This document shows positions 1 through 10,074 of a stretch of DNA of 64,000 bases, one piece after another. The notes beneath the pieces were generated by a model. That model was given only the letters and a program-made list of their open reading frames with translations, made no database searches and was not told the DNA's origin. The stretch is from a virus: positions 32,001 to 96,000 of IMG/VR virus record IMGVR_UViG_3300044971_002537; one strand, 5' to 3'. Every line of letters begins with the position of its first letter. Position 1 is the stretch's first letter. The translations under genes and the position numbers were made by a program.

Positions 1-232
1 ACTCCATATGTAGAATTCTGATGCCTTCTGCGAATTTTACATTGAATTCTTCTGGAGTCATCGCCCAATCCCATCCATCACATTCCGAAAAATGCTCATA
101 CTTCCAAAAGGTGGAGAGAGCATTTGCTGGGTCTACATAGCTGCTACTATTCTTGTTATATGAATCAGTACCACCATCATACTTGGTGATTTTTCCATCG
201 TTGTCGATATGGTATACGGTTATGTAGTACAT
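1..232 (-). CDS. hypothetical protein, runs off the window edge
   Basis: ATG at 232 preceded by the GGCGAAGCC motif; open frame MYYITVYHIDNDGKITKY... to base 1. Confidence 0.6.
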   Translation of the reverse strand, partial: MYYITVYHIDNDGKITKYDGGTDSYNKNSSSYVDPANALSTFWKYEHFSECDGWDWAMTPEEFNVKFAEGIRILHME

Positions 233-705
233 GGCTTCGCCTCTAGGTATATGGGCTCTGTAGTAAAATAGATATCGAATTCATCTATAGAACATTGTTC
301 CCCGTCGAAATAAGCTTCGCCAATTTTGACACTCTTAGACTCAGATTCGTTCTCCTTAATCCTAGTTCCACGAAGAAGTAAGGTGTCACTCTTAAGAGCT
401 TCTAGATATTCCGACAAGGTAATTCTTCTCATGCCTTCATATTCGAGGGCTTCGGTTCCGACCTTATACCAACCATCCTCTCGGGCCACTAGGCCCACAT
501 AGATAGTGATACTAGCAATGCTCTGAATCTCTAGCATAAGGTGTAGGATAGCATCTTCAAGAGATCCGCCTATTGCTTCAGAGCTAAAGAACTGGTTTTC
601 TGCCTTCCACCACGTCTCACCCCTAGGCCCCTTCTCCCAAAACTGGCAGAGTTCAGGAGACGGGGTTACTTCGAACAATTCTCTTTTACTGATCTGAAAC
701 TTCAT
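220..705 (-). CDS. hypothetical phage protein
   Basis: 161-aa ORF in a tightly packed operon; GGCGAAGCC before ATG. Confidence 0.7.
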   Translation of the reverse strand: MKFQISKRELFEVTPSPELCQFWEKGPRGETWWKAENQFFSSEAIGGSLEDAILHLMLEIQSIASITIYVGLVAREDGWYKVGTEALEYEGMRRITLSEYLEALKSDTLLLRGTRIKENESESKSVKIGEAYFDGEQCSIDEFDIYFTTEPIYLEAKPCTT

Positions 706-735
706 GGGCTTCGCCTTGCTGCGGGGCGTCAGCCC

Positions 736-1233
736 CTAGTTGCTTACTATGCTGGATTTCTCGCCAATCTTATGATCCACAATACCCGCCACCCCTTCAA
801 AAACAGGTAGGACATCCCTAGTGGCCGGGAAGACTGGTGGGAATAGGAAATATTCACCCTTATTAAAATCCTGCAGATCCTTTACCTCTCTAAGGAGGGA
901 TATCCCAATACTCCATATTTCCTCTGGAGGTATGGTGAAGTAGGCACTCCCGTATCCCTCCCACAATTTGAAGCTTTCCTCGATAGAGGATGGAACTCCA
1001 GTTCCAATGAGTCTTGCAGACTCCACGAACTCTTCCATGACTGACGTATGGATTGGTACGAAGGGAAACTGGGCAACCACACCAGCTACAATCTTTTGGA
1101 GAGCGACTATATAGATATCCCTGATCCTATTGATAACTAGGATAGAGAGGTCCTCAAGTTGATATGCATTGCCAATCATGTTCTCGTGCTTTTCAAAATT
1201 TTCCCATTGATTTCTGGGTAATTGGTAGCCCAA
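736..1233 (-). CDS. hypothetical protein (start uncertain)
   Basis: 165-aa ORF collinear with neighbours. Confidence 0.55.
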   Translation of the reverse strand: MGYQLPRNQWENFEKHENMIGNAYQLEDLSILVINRIRDIYIVALQKIVAGVVAQFPFVPIHTSVMEEFVESARLIGTGVPSSIEESFKLWEGYGSAYFTIPPEEIWSIGISLLREVKDLQDFNKGEYFLFPPVFPATRDVLPVFEGVAGIVDHKIGEKSSIVSN

Positions 1234-1427
1234 ATTACAAACCGAGTGTATTCTCTTTTACCGGATTTCTCCAAAGTAAGAGCCAATAGCTCAGCGTCTA
1301 TAATGGTTGGAGACCCAATATCTGTGCCATCTTCGCAGCCACTGTAGTGCTCATAACCGATTTCAACTACAACGTCAGGATCGATTCCTTCTAGGAATTC
1401 GATCATGTCTTTCACTTTGAGTTGCAT
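1176..1427 (-). CDS. hypothetical protein
   Basis: 83-aa ORF overlapping neighbours in the operon. Confidence 0.55.
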   Translation of the reverse strand: MQLKVKDMIEFLEGIDPDVVVEIGYEHYSGCEDGTDIGSPTIIDAELLALTLEKSGKREYTRFVIWATNYPEINGKILKSTRT

Positions 1428-1627
1428 GTGGCACCTAATAGATGTAGGAATAAGGCTTCTGCTTTATCGTCATCGTAAAAACAGTCTAGCTCCGTGAGAT
1501 TTACAGCATCATAGATTGATGGGTAGGCTTTATGAAGCACTATCATTATAGATTGCCCCCATCTTAGGTGCTGATTCTTGATGGCACTTACCATTGTAGT
1601 AAATTTTATGAATTGTTCTAGGTTCAT
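1412..1627 (-). CDS. hypothetical protein
   Basis: 71-aa ORF; ATGA overlap with the upstream HD gene. Confidence 0.6.
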   Translation of the reverse strand: MNLEQFIKFTTMVSAIKNQHLRWGQSIMIVLHKAYPSIYDAVNLTELDCFYDDDKAEALFLHLLGATCNSK

Positions 1628-2214
1628 TTGACGCTCCCATAAGGGTCCCAGCTATCGCAATCATTCATACGGGCCGAAATTCCGTCACACAAGTGTAACA
1701 TCCAAGCCGCACCAGTCTTGGGTGCTACAGGACTACCCCAAGCTCGCTGCCCATGATGGGCTAAGATATTATGGGTGACGGCATTCAGCAGATATTCGCT
1801 TATATAATCATAACGCTCGCATGTCTCTTTGGAGTACGATGCTAGATTCCACTCTATGGCAGACCGACTAATATGATGGATTGTCCGCTTATGCGGGGTA
1901 GAGCCCCAAACTTCATAATCGGAGCCGACAGGTTCATAGTCCCACATCTTGCCGCAGTCGTGGAATAGTGCGGAAAGAAATAGCTCAGTATTATTTAACT
2001 TGTTTCCTAGGTATTCATTGTTCGATATGCAGAGTCGTGCAACCTCGGCAGTGTGTACGACCAACCCATGCTTGCCGTAATGGTGCTGATCTATACGTGA
2101 TGATCCGGACCATAGATAGAATCTATCGTCGTCCAATACGTGACTAGCAATACCTCCAACACACAGCGAGTCTGCTACTCGTTCTAGGTATTTGAGCGAT
2201 TCTTTTGGTGTCAT
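1624..2214 (-). CDS. HD-domain phosphohydrolase (YhaM-like exoribonuclease type)
   Basis: HHYGKHGLVVHTAEV...ALFHDCGK...ILAHHG...LHLCD motif set. Confidence 0.8.
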   Translation of the reverse strand: MTPKESLKYLERVADSLCVGGIASHVLDDDRFYLWSGSSRIDQHHYGKHGLVVHTAEVARLCISNNEYLGNKLNNTELFLSALFHDCGKMWDYEPVGSDYEVWGSTPHKRTIHHISRSAIEWNLASYSKETCERYDYISEYLLNAVTHNILAHHGQRAWGSPVAPKTGAAWMLHLCDGISARMNDCDSWDPYGSVK

Positions 2215-2379
2215 TTTAGTCCCTTGTACGAAACAGATCCACAGGATCAATTGGTTTTATTACTGGAATATCATTATTGCCAGTCTCTATCCAGTGGACA
2301 GTGTACAGGCCGATCTTGGGATGGTAGTAAACTTTCTGGCTCTCGTCGTGGAGTTGTCTGAGTTCAGTCTGTGAGAGGC

Positions 2380-2805
2380 TCATTCGAATAGTCCGTAGCC
2401 GGGAGTTTTTAGATGTCTGCCCTTATCATCAAACCCATAGAAGTTGATGTCCTCATAGTCGGACACCATTGGTGTAAGCTCTAGTGCTGGATTGATCTCG
2501 TTAAGCAGAGAGATCCAGAGGAAGAAAAGACTTTCTGGTGGAGACAAATCTTCCTCTCGCCAGTCATATTTGAACCCAGAAGTATCTGGCAATATTTCTG
2601 AAATCTTATTTTCAATCTCTTGGGATAGAGATCCTTCTCGATACTTCGCATATAGACAGCCTATGTCAAAGCCTATTACTGATGGTGCGGCAAAGTGTGC
2701 CTCTCTTACATCCTGAGCCGATAGAGGCGTAGTGGCAAAGAAATAATCACATTTGCCATGGCCATCATCTGACCAATCACCGACTGGAAATCTAATCTTG
2801 TTCAT
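2380..2805 (-). CDS. hypothetical protein
   Basis: ORF with likely start MNKIRF coupled to the upstream stop. Confidence 0.6.
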   Translation of the reverse strand: MNKIRFPVGDWSDDGHGKCDYFFATTPLSAQDVREAHFAAPSVIGFDIGCLYAKYREGSLSQEIENKISEILPDTSGFKYDWREEDLSPPESLFFLWISLLNEINPALELTPMVSDYEDINFYGFDDKGRHLKTPGYGLFE

Positions 2806-3125
2806 CTTATCTCCGGTCCATCGGGACCCATAAAGGTAGAGCTTCGTTCGTTGACCATGATAAAGTTCGGCACCATTTTGGGCTTTACAAGCCCACAAAA
2901 AATCTCCCAGTCGGCTGGTGCTGATGTATTGTACTCGATGAATTTGTCGTGTCTAGCGACAAACTCTGTTTTGCTGGGTTTTTCTGGAGGAAGCTCGCAG
3001 GTGTAAACCACATCAAAGCCACTCAGTTTTACTGGGCGGATGCCACAAGCATCAACTTTTTCTGTGAAATCCTTACGGATCTGGTTGATATGCTTTTCAT
3101 TGTCTGGATGTGTTAGGATTTTCAT
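2802..3125 (-). CDS. hypothetical protein
   Basis: 107-aa ORF; GGCGAAGCC-ATG start overlapping the DnaE stop. Confidence 0.65.
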   Translation of the reverse strand: MKILTHPDNEKHINQIRKDFTEKVDACGIRPVKLSGFDVVYTCELPPEKPSKTEFVARHDKFIEYNTSAPADWEIFCGLVKPKMVPNFIMVNERSSTFMGPDGPEIR

Positions 3126-4108
3126 GGCTTCGCCTTAATCGCTTCTAGCTCTTTCAGATAGATAGCTTCGAAGTCCCTGAATTCGTCAATGAAGGGATAC
3201 TCATCAAAGCTTAAATGCTTAGGATAGGCTCGGGCCGCGTTGAAGAAGCGACTGAATAGAAGTCCATAAGGCATTGGATCGACTAGGTTGATCCCAATCA
3301 GGTCGGAGACCAAACAGCCTGCGGAACTTCCTCTTCCGATACTGCACAACTGTCCATCGCTTCTCCCCTTATTGACAAAGTCTGATACAATAAGGAAATA
3401 ACCAGATAGATTGGCCAACTCAATAACCTTCATCTCGTATCTGACGCGAGCGTCATACTCGGCTTTCTTGATAGGATCGAAGTTCTTCGTATGCTCTGCG
3501 AATCCCTCTTTTACTTTAGTCCAGAGTAGCTCAACTTCCCCGTCAGAGAATTTGGGGAGTTTTGGGGGAGCAGCAATTTCGAAATCTTCGAATTCATCGA
3601 TGAACGCATCATAGTCTATGTTTAGTTTAAGGCTAGGAGGGATCTCATCATACCCCATCATATGGAGACCTGCGGTCTCCTCTGTAAGCTCTGAGAGCTT
3701 GATTTTCAGTCCTAAGCACCGCATGATTCGATAGAACTCTTCATCAGACTTCTCTACATAGCGGCAGTCGGGGAGCTTTCCGGTAAAAGAATAGAGATGG
3801 GGTGAATTGGCTAAGGTGTCCCGATTGAGCCGGGCATGAATAGAGAACTCGTTCACGACAGACAATAGATCCTTCCATCCCTGAAGATTCTTGCAGAATG
3901 TGTAAGTCTCGCCAAAGTCGCACCCAATAATAGGTTTGATTTTGGCAGACTTACACTCTTCAATAAACTCCAGAGCGGCAGAGACATTGCCAAAGTCGCA
4001 GAGGCCCACTGCCTCATAACCTAAAGCTTTAGCCTTCTGTGCTATTTCCTTAGGCTTTGAGAAGGCTCGGTGAATGCTGTAATGGGTTCTATTGATCAGT
4101 GGTAACAT
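3122..4108 (-). CDS. dnaE: DNA polymerase III alpha subunit, N-terminal part only (PHP domain plus start of palm)
   Basis: THYS...GYEAVGLCD..G PHP motifs; YFLIVSDFV, GRGSSAGCLVS..IGI..VDP..YGLLFSRFFN; ends before the PDIDxD catalytic motif. Confidence 0.85.
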   Translation of the reverse strand: MLPLINRTHYSIHRAFSKPKEIAQKAKALGYEAVGLCDFGNVSAALEFIEECKSAKIKPIIGCDFGETYTFCKNLQGWKDLLSVVNEFSIHARLNRDTLANSPHLYSFTGKLPDCRYVEKSDEEFYRIMRCLGLKIKLSELTEETAGLHMMGYDEIPPSLKLNIDYDAFIDEFEDFEIAAPPKLPKFSDGEVELLWTKVKEGFAEHTKNFDPIKKAEYDARVRYEMKVIELANLSGYFLIVSDFVNKGRSDGQLCSIGRGSSAGCLVSDLIGINLVDPMPYGLLFSRFFNAARAYPKHLSFDEYPFIDEFRDFEAIYLKELEAIKAKP

Positions 4109-4116
4109 GGTTTTGC

Positions 4117-4686
4117 CTATACTGTTCTGGTGGTGCAGGTTTTATGACCGATGTCGTGAAAGGATTTGAATTTTGGTACTCCTCCATCAGGTAGCCAAAG
4201 TTCTTCCCATGTCCCGGTGGTGTAGTACTTAACCATCCATAGAGTTTGCTTAACTAGCTTTTTGGGTTGGGCGATCTGAGGAATCGGGCCTAGATAACAC
4301 CTCCAAACGTTTAACCTCGCTCTTGTTGGAGAATAATCTAGGACCGTATCGATACCACTGAGTACTGGAGTGGTATTATCTCTATCGCCTCCATAGGCCC
4401 ATAGCCCATTTTTATCTGGTTGGCACCAAGCCCACTGAAGATCTGGCATTTTGTATTCAGAGATTAGATCATGACTATCTGATTCCCCGAGATGAGAGCC
4501 GAATCTATCTACCTGATAAGATGTCTCCCTCTTCTCTCTACCATCTTCGAGCGGGAAGTATGAGTAGTAGGTATCAAATCCTACATGAATTGCTGGAATA
4601 GCTTGAGAGAATGGATCGGTACGTGATAGTACCTTACAGATATTTCCCGCCCGATTCACATAGGTTTTTCCGACTTCAACTAGCAT
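4117..4686 (-). CDS. hypothetical protein
   Basis: 189-aa ORF in operon. Confidence 0.65.
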   Translation of the reverse strand: MLVEVGKTYVNRAGNICKVLSRTDPFSQAIPAIHVGFDTYYSYFPLEDGREKRETSYQVDRFGSHLGESDSHDLISEYKMPDLQWAWCQPDKNGLWAYGGDRDNTTPVLSGIDTVLDYSPTRARLNVWRCYLGPIPQIAQPKKLVKQTLWMVKYYTTGTWEELWLPDGGVPKFKSFHDIGHKTCTTRTV

Positions 4687-5152
4687 ATGGTATCTCCAGA
4701 AGGTCTTCGACCTTCAAATTCCAGCAATCTTCAGTAAAAGTGAATCTTCCATCAGGGTCGCCCTTTTTAGCAAAGAAGCCCCTCTCTAGCAAGTCAGCTT
4801 TAGCTATATATCCTAAGAGCCAGCCAACCCCTGAGGCTAGATTAACCCGAGCAAAGATATACCCATCACACTCGTTCTTGAGTTGATAGCTCATGACAGA
4901 ACAGAGATAGTGGGCCTTCGGCTCTGAGGAACAAGACTTGGTTTTCACATCAACTCTGAGATCCCCGATTAGGATATCGAAGTCGAAGCTTTCCACAAGT
5001 CTACCAGAGGTGTGCCTTTCTGTCAAGGCCTCTCCGACAAATCCTGCCAAATTCCCTTTCCCTTGGGTCCGGGAACTGGCAAGGACTCCCATCAGGTCGC
5101 TGCGAGACTTCGCAGTCATCATGTCAATATCCGAGATCTTCATCTCAATCAT
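4676..5152 (-). CDS. PD-(D/E)XK-fold nuclease-like protein
   Basis: GFVGE...FDFDILIGDLRVDVKT motif. Confidence 0.55.
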   Translation of the reverse strand: MIEMKISDIDMMTAKSRSDLMGVLASSRTQGKGNLAGFVGEALTERHTSGRLVESFDFDILIGDLRVDVKTKSCSSEPKAHYLCSVMSYQLKNECDGYIFARVNLASGVGWLLGYIAKADLLERGFFAKKGDPDGRFTFTEDCWNLKVEDLLEIPYAS

Positions 5153-5340
5153 CGTGCTCTCGCAATGGTGACTCTTTGGATGGCCTCAGATACCTGCTCA
5201 AGCTGAGTGGCCGTTAAGCCGCCCCTGTAGTAACTGAAGACCATAGGCGAGTCTTGGCTGAACTTCCCGTCGCGGATAACTCCCACGACCTCCTTACTCG
5301 CATCCAATACCAACTGTCTTTTTTTGTCCAGATAAAACAT
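5149..5340 (-). CDS. hypothetical protein
   Basis: 63-aa ORF coupled to neighbours. Confidence 0.5.
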   Translation of the reverse strand: MFYLDKKRQLVLDASKEVVGVIRDGKFSQDSPMVFSYYRGGLTATQLEQVSEAIQRVTIARAR

Positions 5341-6577
5341 TTCTGTCTCCTAAGAAAGATTCAACCAGAGAGTAGTCCTCTGATGTGTAACCCTTATTAT
5401 AGCGACAGTTGAGCTGTTGTATTCGGAACTTTTTGCCAACTGGAGTCAGAGATAGGTTATAGACTAGGTCGCCATCTTTGAATAGGCCACACATAACAAC
5501 CCGACCAGCGATGATTTCGCTTCGATATGAGCTTACACAATTGCCCATATAGGTTGACCATTCTATTAATTCGTGGGAGTCCTTACATGTGCGGATTGTG
5601 AACTCTCCGAGTTCTTCTCCGTCGAACTCTAGTGGTTTGAATGGGACATTCTGATAGCGTAGCTTAGCATGATAATTGGCCAATTGATCATGGTACTCAT
5701 TGAGCTTCTTAGCTTTGGAGAGGGCTAAGGGAGTAGCCTCTATGTCTATGGTGTTGGCGATCTCTGTATACATCTTAATGGTATCGTCAACCCGCCAAGG
5801 AGAGAAGCTCAGAGCAAATGTTGTTTTATCTTGGGCATTGTCCGTATCTTTCCCAATGAAGATATTCTTGAAGAAGGCAGGGTTAACGCCAATCAGGGGT
5901 TTCAACTTAGTCTTAAGTCCCACCCCCATTATTGGATGAATCGTGGTATGGATTTCTCCGAAGGTCAAGTGTCGCCTGAACATCCGTATAGTGTCCAGTA
6001 CCTCCATCTGCCTATGCTCACTTAGCTGAAACAGCTTCGCCAAGAACTTCTTACCAGAGAATCCGCAGTATGACCTGATACTTTCTTTTACCGATGGTTT
6101 CTTGAAGACCTTAACCATGTCGAAGGTTGGGGCCTTGTATAGAGAGCTATATAGAGGGTATCTTTGGTTAAGTAAGTTCACATAGAAAGGTTGGCCTATC
6201 TTGAATTTCAGGCCAAACTCTTTGTTCAAGACACGATTAATTTTGGCGTTAACACCCTTCTTCAGTTCTTTGAAGATGGATAACTGAGAGTAGGAACAAT
6301 GGTAGGCACCGGCTCCCACTGGAATACCCGAATTCTTACTAGCCACGAGTGCTATCTTGCCATTCTTGATTGAGAATGACATAACGTGCTTCGCAGATAC
6401 GGTGGCTCCGATGTTCGACCACTTGAACCAGAAGCGATTCTCGGCTATGTGGAGGTGCAGTACTTTGGAAACGAATCTGAATCCGGCTCCATGCTTGATG
6501 CGGCAAAGCCGCTTAGAGATCCGCCAGATCCTTCCTTTTTCGTTGTCGCAGACAACATATTCTTTTCGGTTCTTCAA
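5294..6577 (-). CDS. PcfJ-like domain protein
   Basis: C-terminal EL..WS..MGNCVSSY motif. Confidence 0.65.
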   Translation of the reverse strand: MKNRKEYVVCDNEKGRIWRISKRLCRIKHGAGFRFVSKVLHLHIAENRFWFKWSNIGATVSAKHVMSFSIKNGKIALVASKNSGIPVGAGAYHCSYSQLSIFKELKKGVNAKINRVLNKEFGLKFKIGQPFYVNLLNQRYPLYSSLYKAPTFDMVKVFKKPSVKESIRSYCGFSGKKFLAKLFQLSEHRQMEVLDTIRMFRRHLTFGEIHTTIHPIMGVGLKTKLKPLIGVNPAFFKNIFIGKDTDNAQDKTTFALSFSPWRVDDTIKMYTEIANTIDIEATPLALSKAKKLNEYHDQLANYHAKLRYQNVPFKPLEFDGEELGEFTIRTCKDSHELIEWSTYMGNCVSSYRSEIIAGRVVMCGLFKDGDLVYNLSLTPVGKKFRIQQLNCRYNKGYTSEDYSLVESFLGDRNVLSGQKKTVGIGCE

Positions 6578-6603
6578 GAAATCTCTCCGAGCTTTTGAAT
6601 AAG

Positions 6604-6624
6604 AAAGGGGCCTTTCGGCCCCTT
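6604..6624 (-). terminator. GC hairpin after rIIB
   Basis: AAGGGGCC-GAAA-GGCCCCTT followed by a pyrimidine-rich tail. Confidence 0.55.
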
Positions 6625-6627
6625 AGA

Positions 6628-7509
6628 TTAGCAGTTACAGTCGAACTCGCTAGAGCCACAGCCCCCGCATTCGTATTCTTCTTCGTCTTCGCTCCAGTAC
6701 TCGTCAAGATCTTCGATATCTTCTGGGTCGATAGCATATGCTGGAGCCTGACGCTCGACGATAGCCAGATTCTTGAACTCGGAGACAACTTCGTAGTAGC
6801 AACAACGAATCTTCTGGCAGTCACAATCAAGAGGCACACTCACGACGTCAGCAGGGTCAACCTTGCAGATGATCTGCTTATTTGAAGTGTATACGCTTGT
6901 CACATACTTCAAGCTGCCAACGTGATAGCCTTCACTACAACCGACTTGAAAGTCATCATTGACCTTACGGCGAGGCATCTCGTTGACATCTCCCACGTTG
7001 TTGCGGATCTTACCAGTGTACTTATCCACGTAGTCACCAGCCTTAACTTCACGACCGTAGCAGTCCACGAAGTTAGGACCGTTATAAACTGACACAGACT
7101 TGTAAGCTAGAAAGCACCCATCCTCACAAATTGCCAAGCTCTTATGGGCCAACCAAGAGTAAAGCTCTTTAACGGCTCGGCTGCTTGGATTGTAGAACAA
7201 TCGCTTCATGAAGTTGAGCATGGGGACTTCATCGAACCCCTCCTCAATCATTGAGAGAATGATAGAAGAGATTGATGGGTCAATTTGTTCGTCCTGATAG
7301 TAAAGAGCCCCCTCCCGAAGAACGAATCCATCCTTCGACCAAGTCTGGACGTTTTTGCCAATATTGATGAGGGAGAGAAAGCCCGCTTCGTCTTTTGTCT
7401 TTACTGACTCAATCAGAGCGGCATAGTTTGGATGGCTGCTATCAAATGTGTGGACCTCGTTAGAGGTCACAACTGTCCAGCAACCATTGTGATCTTTAAT
7501 GTAGTTCAT
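6628..7509 (-). CDS. rIIB: rIIB-like protein
   Basis: GCFLAYKSV, MPRRKV.D...CSEGYHVGSLKY, KVDPADVVSVP.D; adjacent to rIIA. Confidence 0.85.
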   Translation of the reverse strand: MNYIKDHNGCWTVVTSNEVHTFDSSHPNYAALIESVKTKDEAGFLSLINIGKNVQTWSKDGFVLREGALYYQDEQIDPSISSIILSMIEEGFDEVPMLNFMKRLFYNPSSRAVKELYSWLAHKSLAICEDGCFLAYKSVSVYNGPNFVDCYGREVKAGDYVDKYTGKIRNNVGDVNEMPRRKVNDDFQVGCSEGYHVGSLKYVTSVYTSNKQIICKVDPADVVSVPLDCDCQKIRCCYYEVVSEFKNLAIVERQAPAYAIDPEDIEDLDEYWSEDEEEYECGGCGSSEFDCNC

Positions 7510-9278
7510 TTCAGCTCCTTGAGGTAGGTGAGAAGTTCTGCGTCGGTCGGTTTTGAGTAATAGTGGTACGAGATAAATTTCAAAAGGGGGAACTCTGTTG
7601 AGTATCTCTCAGAAAGTTTATCAAGCGTGTCGTCGTGGGCCACATCGAACAGATTGTACAACGAGATGATATCGCTGTCAAGATCCTTTTTGGCGAATCT
7701 TTTGTCAACCTTTGACAGGATCGCCTGATTGGTCGGTTTATCTAAGATCGCCTTTTCCGGCAGGACAAGGTTCTCTTTCAGGAATTCGCGAAGCTCAACT
7801 CCCTGCCCCTTGTTCTTTACAGAGGGGGATAACCCATAGATCACATCAATATCAGCACCTAACTTCTTAGCGGCAGAGACCAAGCTATTCACTGCGTGAT
7901 ACCCAGAATACGCAGATGGTTTTCCATGCATAGTCTCAATATACACGTAATGCTCAGAAGTATCTAGCTGGGCCTCGTTCCAGCAGCCATTAACGCAGGA
8001 TCTAACCTTAATACTCTTCGACTTGGGTCCACGAGCATATACAATCTTCGGCAGCGTGTCAAGATCCTTGATCACATCCAAGTCAATCTTACACTCTGAG
8101 ATTTGAGCATCAGTCAGGACTACGATCTTCCCACCATGATCTTTCAGATAACTCTTGATTCGAGCCGTAAACTTTGGCTTGAATCGGTAGTAATCGGCAG
8201 AAAGTGGCAAGGCTTTCATATGGCTGATATTCACAGACTTATATGTCTTAGAATAAACAGACATCTCCGTAGAGGTGTGCGGAAGCACATAATCGAACTT
8301 CTTCTTATTACATTCGATGATGTTGCCCAAAACTCCACAGTTCACCTTATCAAACATCTTTGCACGTTTGAATTCGGTATCTTCAGCTTCAATTAGGCCG
8401 ATGATATGATCCGCCATACCCTCCTTAACTTGATTGACCCTTGCTTTTAGATTGGCAATGGTCTTGTTGTCTAACGAGAGTGACTCACGCCCAAGGTCGA
8501 AGTCCAAATCCCCAATCTCAAATCGGATGTACCCATCAATATCGAGCCCATACCCATGTGGGATGTCGTAGGCTACATTCCCCATGACGGCTTTACATTG
8601 ACCATAGCCAGTATTGAAAGCGAACCCGTCACCCTTGACTTTGAATTCACGGGCAGCTACGATCTTCTCTTTTACTGAGGAGATATTAATCTCGGGGATT
8701 ACGTCAAAGTACTTAAATACTTCGACAGCTTCGTCTTGGAATTCATAGTCTCGACCCATTACGTTGACAATAACTTCAACACCGGATGGTTCATCAGTTG
8801 GGGAAGACGACAAGAGTGCCATCTGAGGAAGGTCATCCTCATCCTTATAGGCAGAGTAGGTATATTTAACTCCATCATTAACTGACTTAACAATAAAGCT
8901 ATCTACAATAGAATAAGCAACTTTTGCCCCGATGCCTAGTGCCCCAATTAATTTATTGCTATTAGTCTTAGTGGAGCAGAAATAAACGGTATAGACATCC
9001 CGTACATCATCTGGGGATAGGCCCTTACCATTATCTGCTACAGAGAACCAAGGTTCGAGTTTAGTAGGGAGATGCACTCGTGGGACGGCTGAGACTTCAG
9101 CATCAGTGTTCGCGTCAAGAGCATTGCAAGTAAGCTCTCGGATTACGGCTCGGACCTTGAATTTGTATGGATTCGATGAGAGGAGCTTGAATGCCTTAGC
9201 ACTCGCATCAATGCGGAATCCCGAGGTCTGAAACGAGCCTGAGGTTTGAGTACTTTTCTTTACGCCTTCGATGATCAT
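7506..9278 (-). CDS. rIIA: rIIA-like protein (N-terminal GHKL ATPase)
   Basis: AVIRELTCNALDA, DNGKGLS, STK..SN..IGALGIGAK; paired with rIIB. Confidence 0.85.
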   Translation of the reverse strand: MIIEGVKKSTQTSGSFQTSGFRIDASAKAFKLLSSNPYKFKVRAVIRELTCNALDANTDAEVSAVPRVHLPTKLEPWFSVADNGKGLSPDDVRDVYTVYFCSTKTNSNKLIGALGIGAKVAYSIVDSFIVKSVNDGVKYTYSAYKDEDDLPQMALLSSSPTDEPSGVEVIVNVMGRDYEFQDEAVEVFKYFDVIPEINISSVKEKIVAAREFKVKGDGFAFNTGYGQCKAVMGNVAYDIPHGYGLDIDGYIRFEIGDLDFDLGRESLSLDNKTIANLKARVNQVKEGMADHIIGLIEAEDTEFKRAKMFDKVNCGVLGNIIECNKKKFDYVLPHTSTEMSVYSKTYKSVNISHMKALPLSADYYRFKPKFTARIKSYLKDHGGKIVVLTDAQISECKIDLDVIKDLDTLPKIVYARGPKSKSIKVRSCVNGCWNEAQLDTSEHYVYIETMHGKPSAYSGYHAVNSLVSAAKKLGADIDVIYGLSPSVKNKGQGVELREFLKENLVLPEKAILDKPTNQAILSKVDKRFAKKDLDSDIISLYNLFDVAHDDTLDKLSERYSTEFPLLKFISYHYYSKPTDAELLTYLKELK

Positions 9279-9322
9279 GACTACGTCCTTCGCTTGTGTT
9301 TTTCGTCGTTCGTTCTTCGTAT

Positions 9323-9350
9323 ATCATAACGGGCGAAATCGCCCTGTCAA
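9323..9350 (-). promoter_or_regulatory. sigma70-type promoter with palindromic spacer
   Basis: TTGACA-GGGCGATTTCGCCCGT-TATGAT upstream of rIIA. Confidence 0.65.
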
Positions 9351-9619
9351 GAGCCTTTTATTGTTTTATCCTCGATTACACCGTTGTTCACAACCAGATA
9401 GAAACTGCGGGAAAGGTGGCTGATTCGGATCGTGTCGCCAGACTCGGTGTACAAATTCACACGAAACTTGTCCTTGTCCACTTCTCTTATTGTAAACCTA
9501 TCGCAGGCATGATCCTCGGCCCATTGTCTGACTAGGCTTAGACTATCACCAATTTGAATTGTGGTATTGATCTCGACTGGAAAATCAATTTTTGGACTCT
9601 TCTGTGCTTTTTTGGCCAT
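9347..9619 (-). CDS. hypothetical protein
   Basis: 90-aa ORF, TAATG coupling. Confidence 0.6.
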   Translation of the reverse strand: MAKKAQKSPKIDFPVEINTTIQIGDSLSLVRQWAEDHACDRFTIREVDKDKFRVNLYTESGDTIRISHLSRSFYLVVNNGVIEDKTIKGS

Positions 9620-10074
9620 TATTTCCCTAGCGTGTAAATTGTCCAGCTACCTTCGGTAGCATAATCTTCGAGGATATCGTGGACCAGACTTTTGTCGGCC
9701 TTACCGAGGCCACAGCCGATCTCCGGAAGACCTATAGTCTTCCCAGTAAAAGAGAAGTCTCTACAGATTTCGTCCAAGGCTCTCTTGAAGGCTCCATACT
9801 CAAACTTACGACAGGATGTCCCATAGTCATATTGAGCATATAGATTAATAATAGTCAACCCACTCAGGAAGACTGAAGAATATGAGCCGATCCTCTCAAT
9901 CGGGGATCTATAATCGGCCTGATCTACTAAGAAGGCTTTTGGGAATTCTTCCTTGATAAGTTTGGCCACTCCTGAACCCATCGTGGAGAAGCAATTCGCA
10001 CAATGAATCAAGTAGTCGATCTCTTTATTCTTGGCCGCTTCTATTAGGCAACCATTCTTAAAGGATAGGGTCAT
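9619..10074 (-). CDS. macrodomain (ADP-ribose hydrolase/binding) protein
   Basis: IHCANCFSTMGSGVAK...NLYAQ...PEIGCGLG. Confidence 0.85.
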   Translation of the reverse strand: MTLSFKNGCLIEAAKNKEIDYLIHCANCFSTMGSGVAKLIKEEFPKAFLVDQADYRSPIERIGSYSSVFLSGLTIINLYAQYDYGTSCRKFEYGAFKRALDEICRDFSFTGKTIGLPEIGCGLGKADKSLVHDILEDYATEGSWTIYTLGK

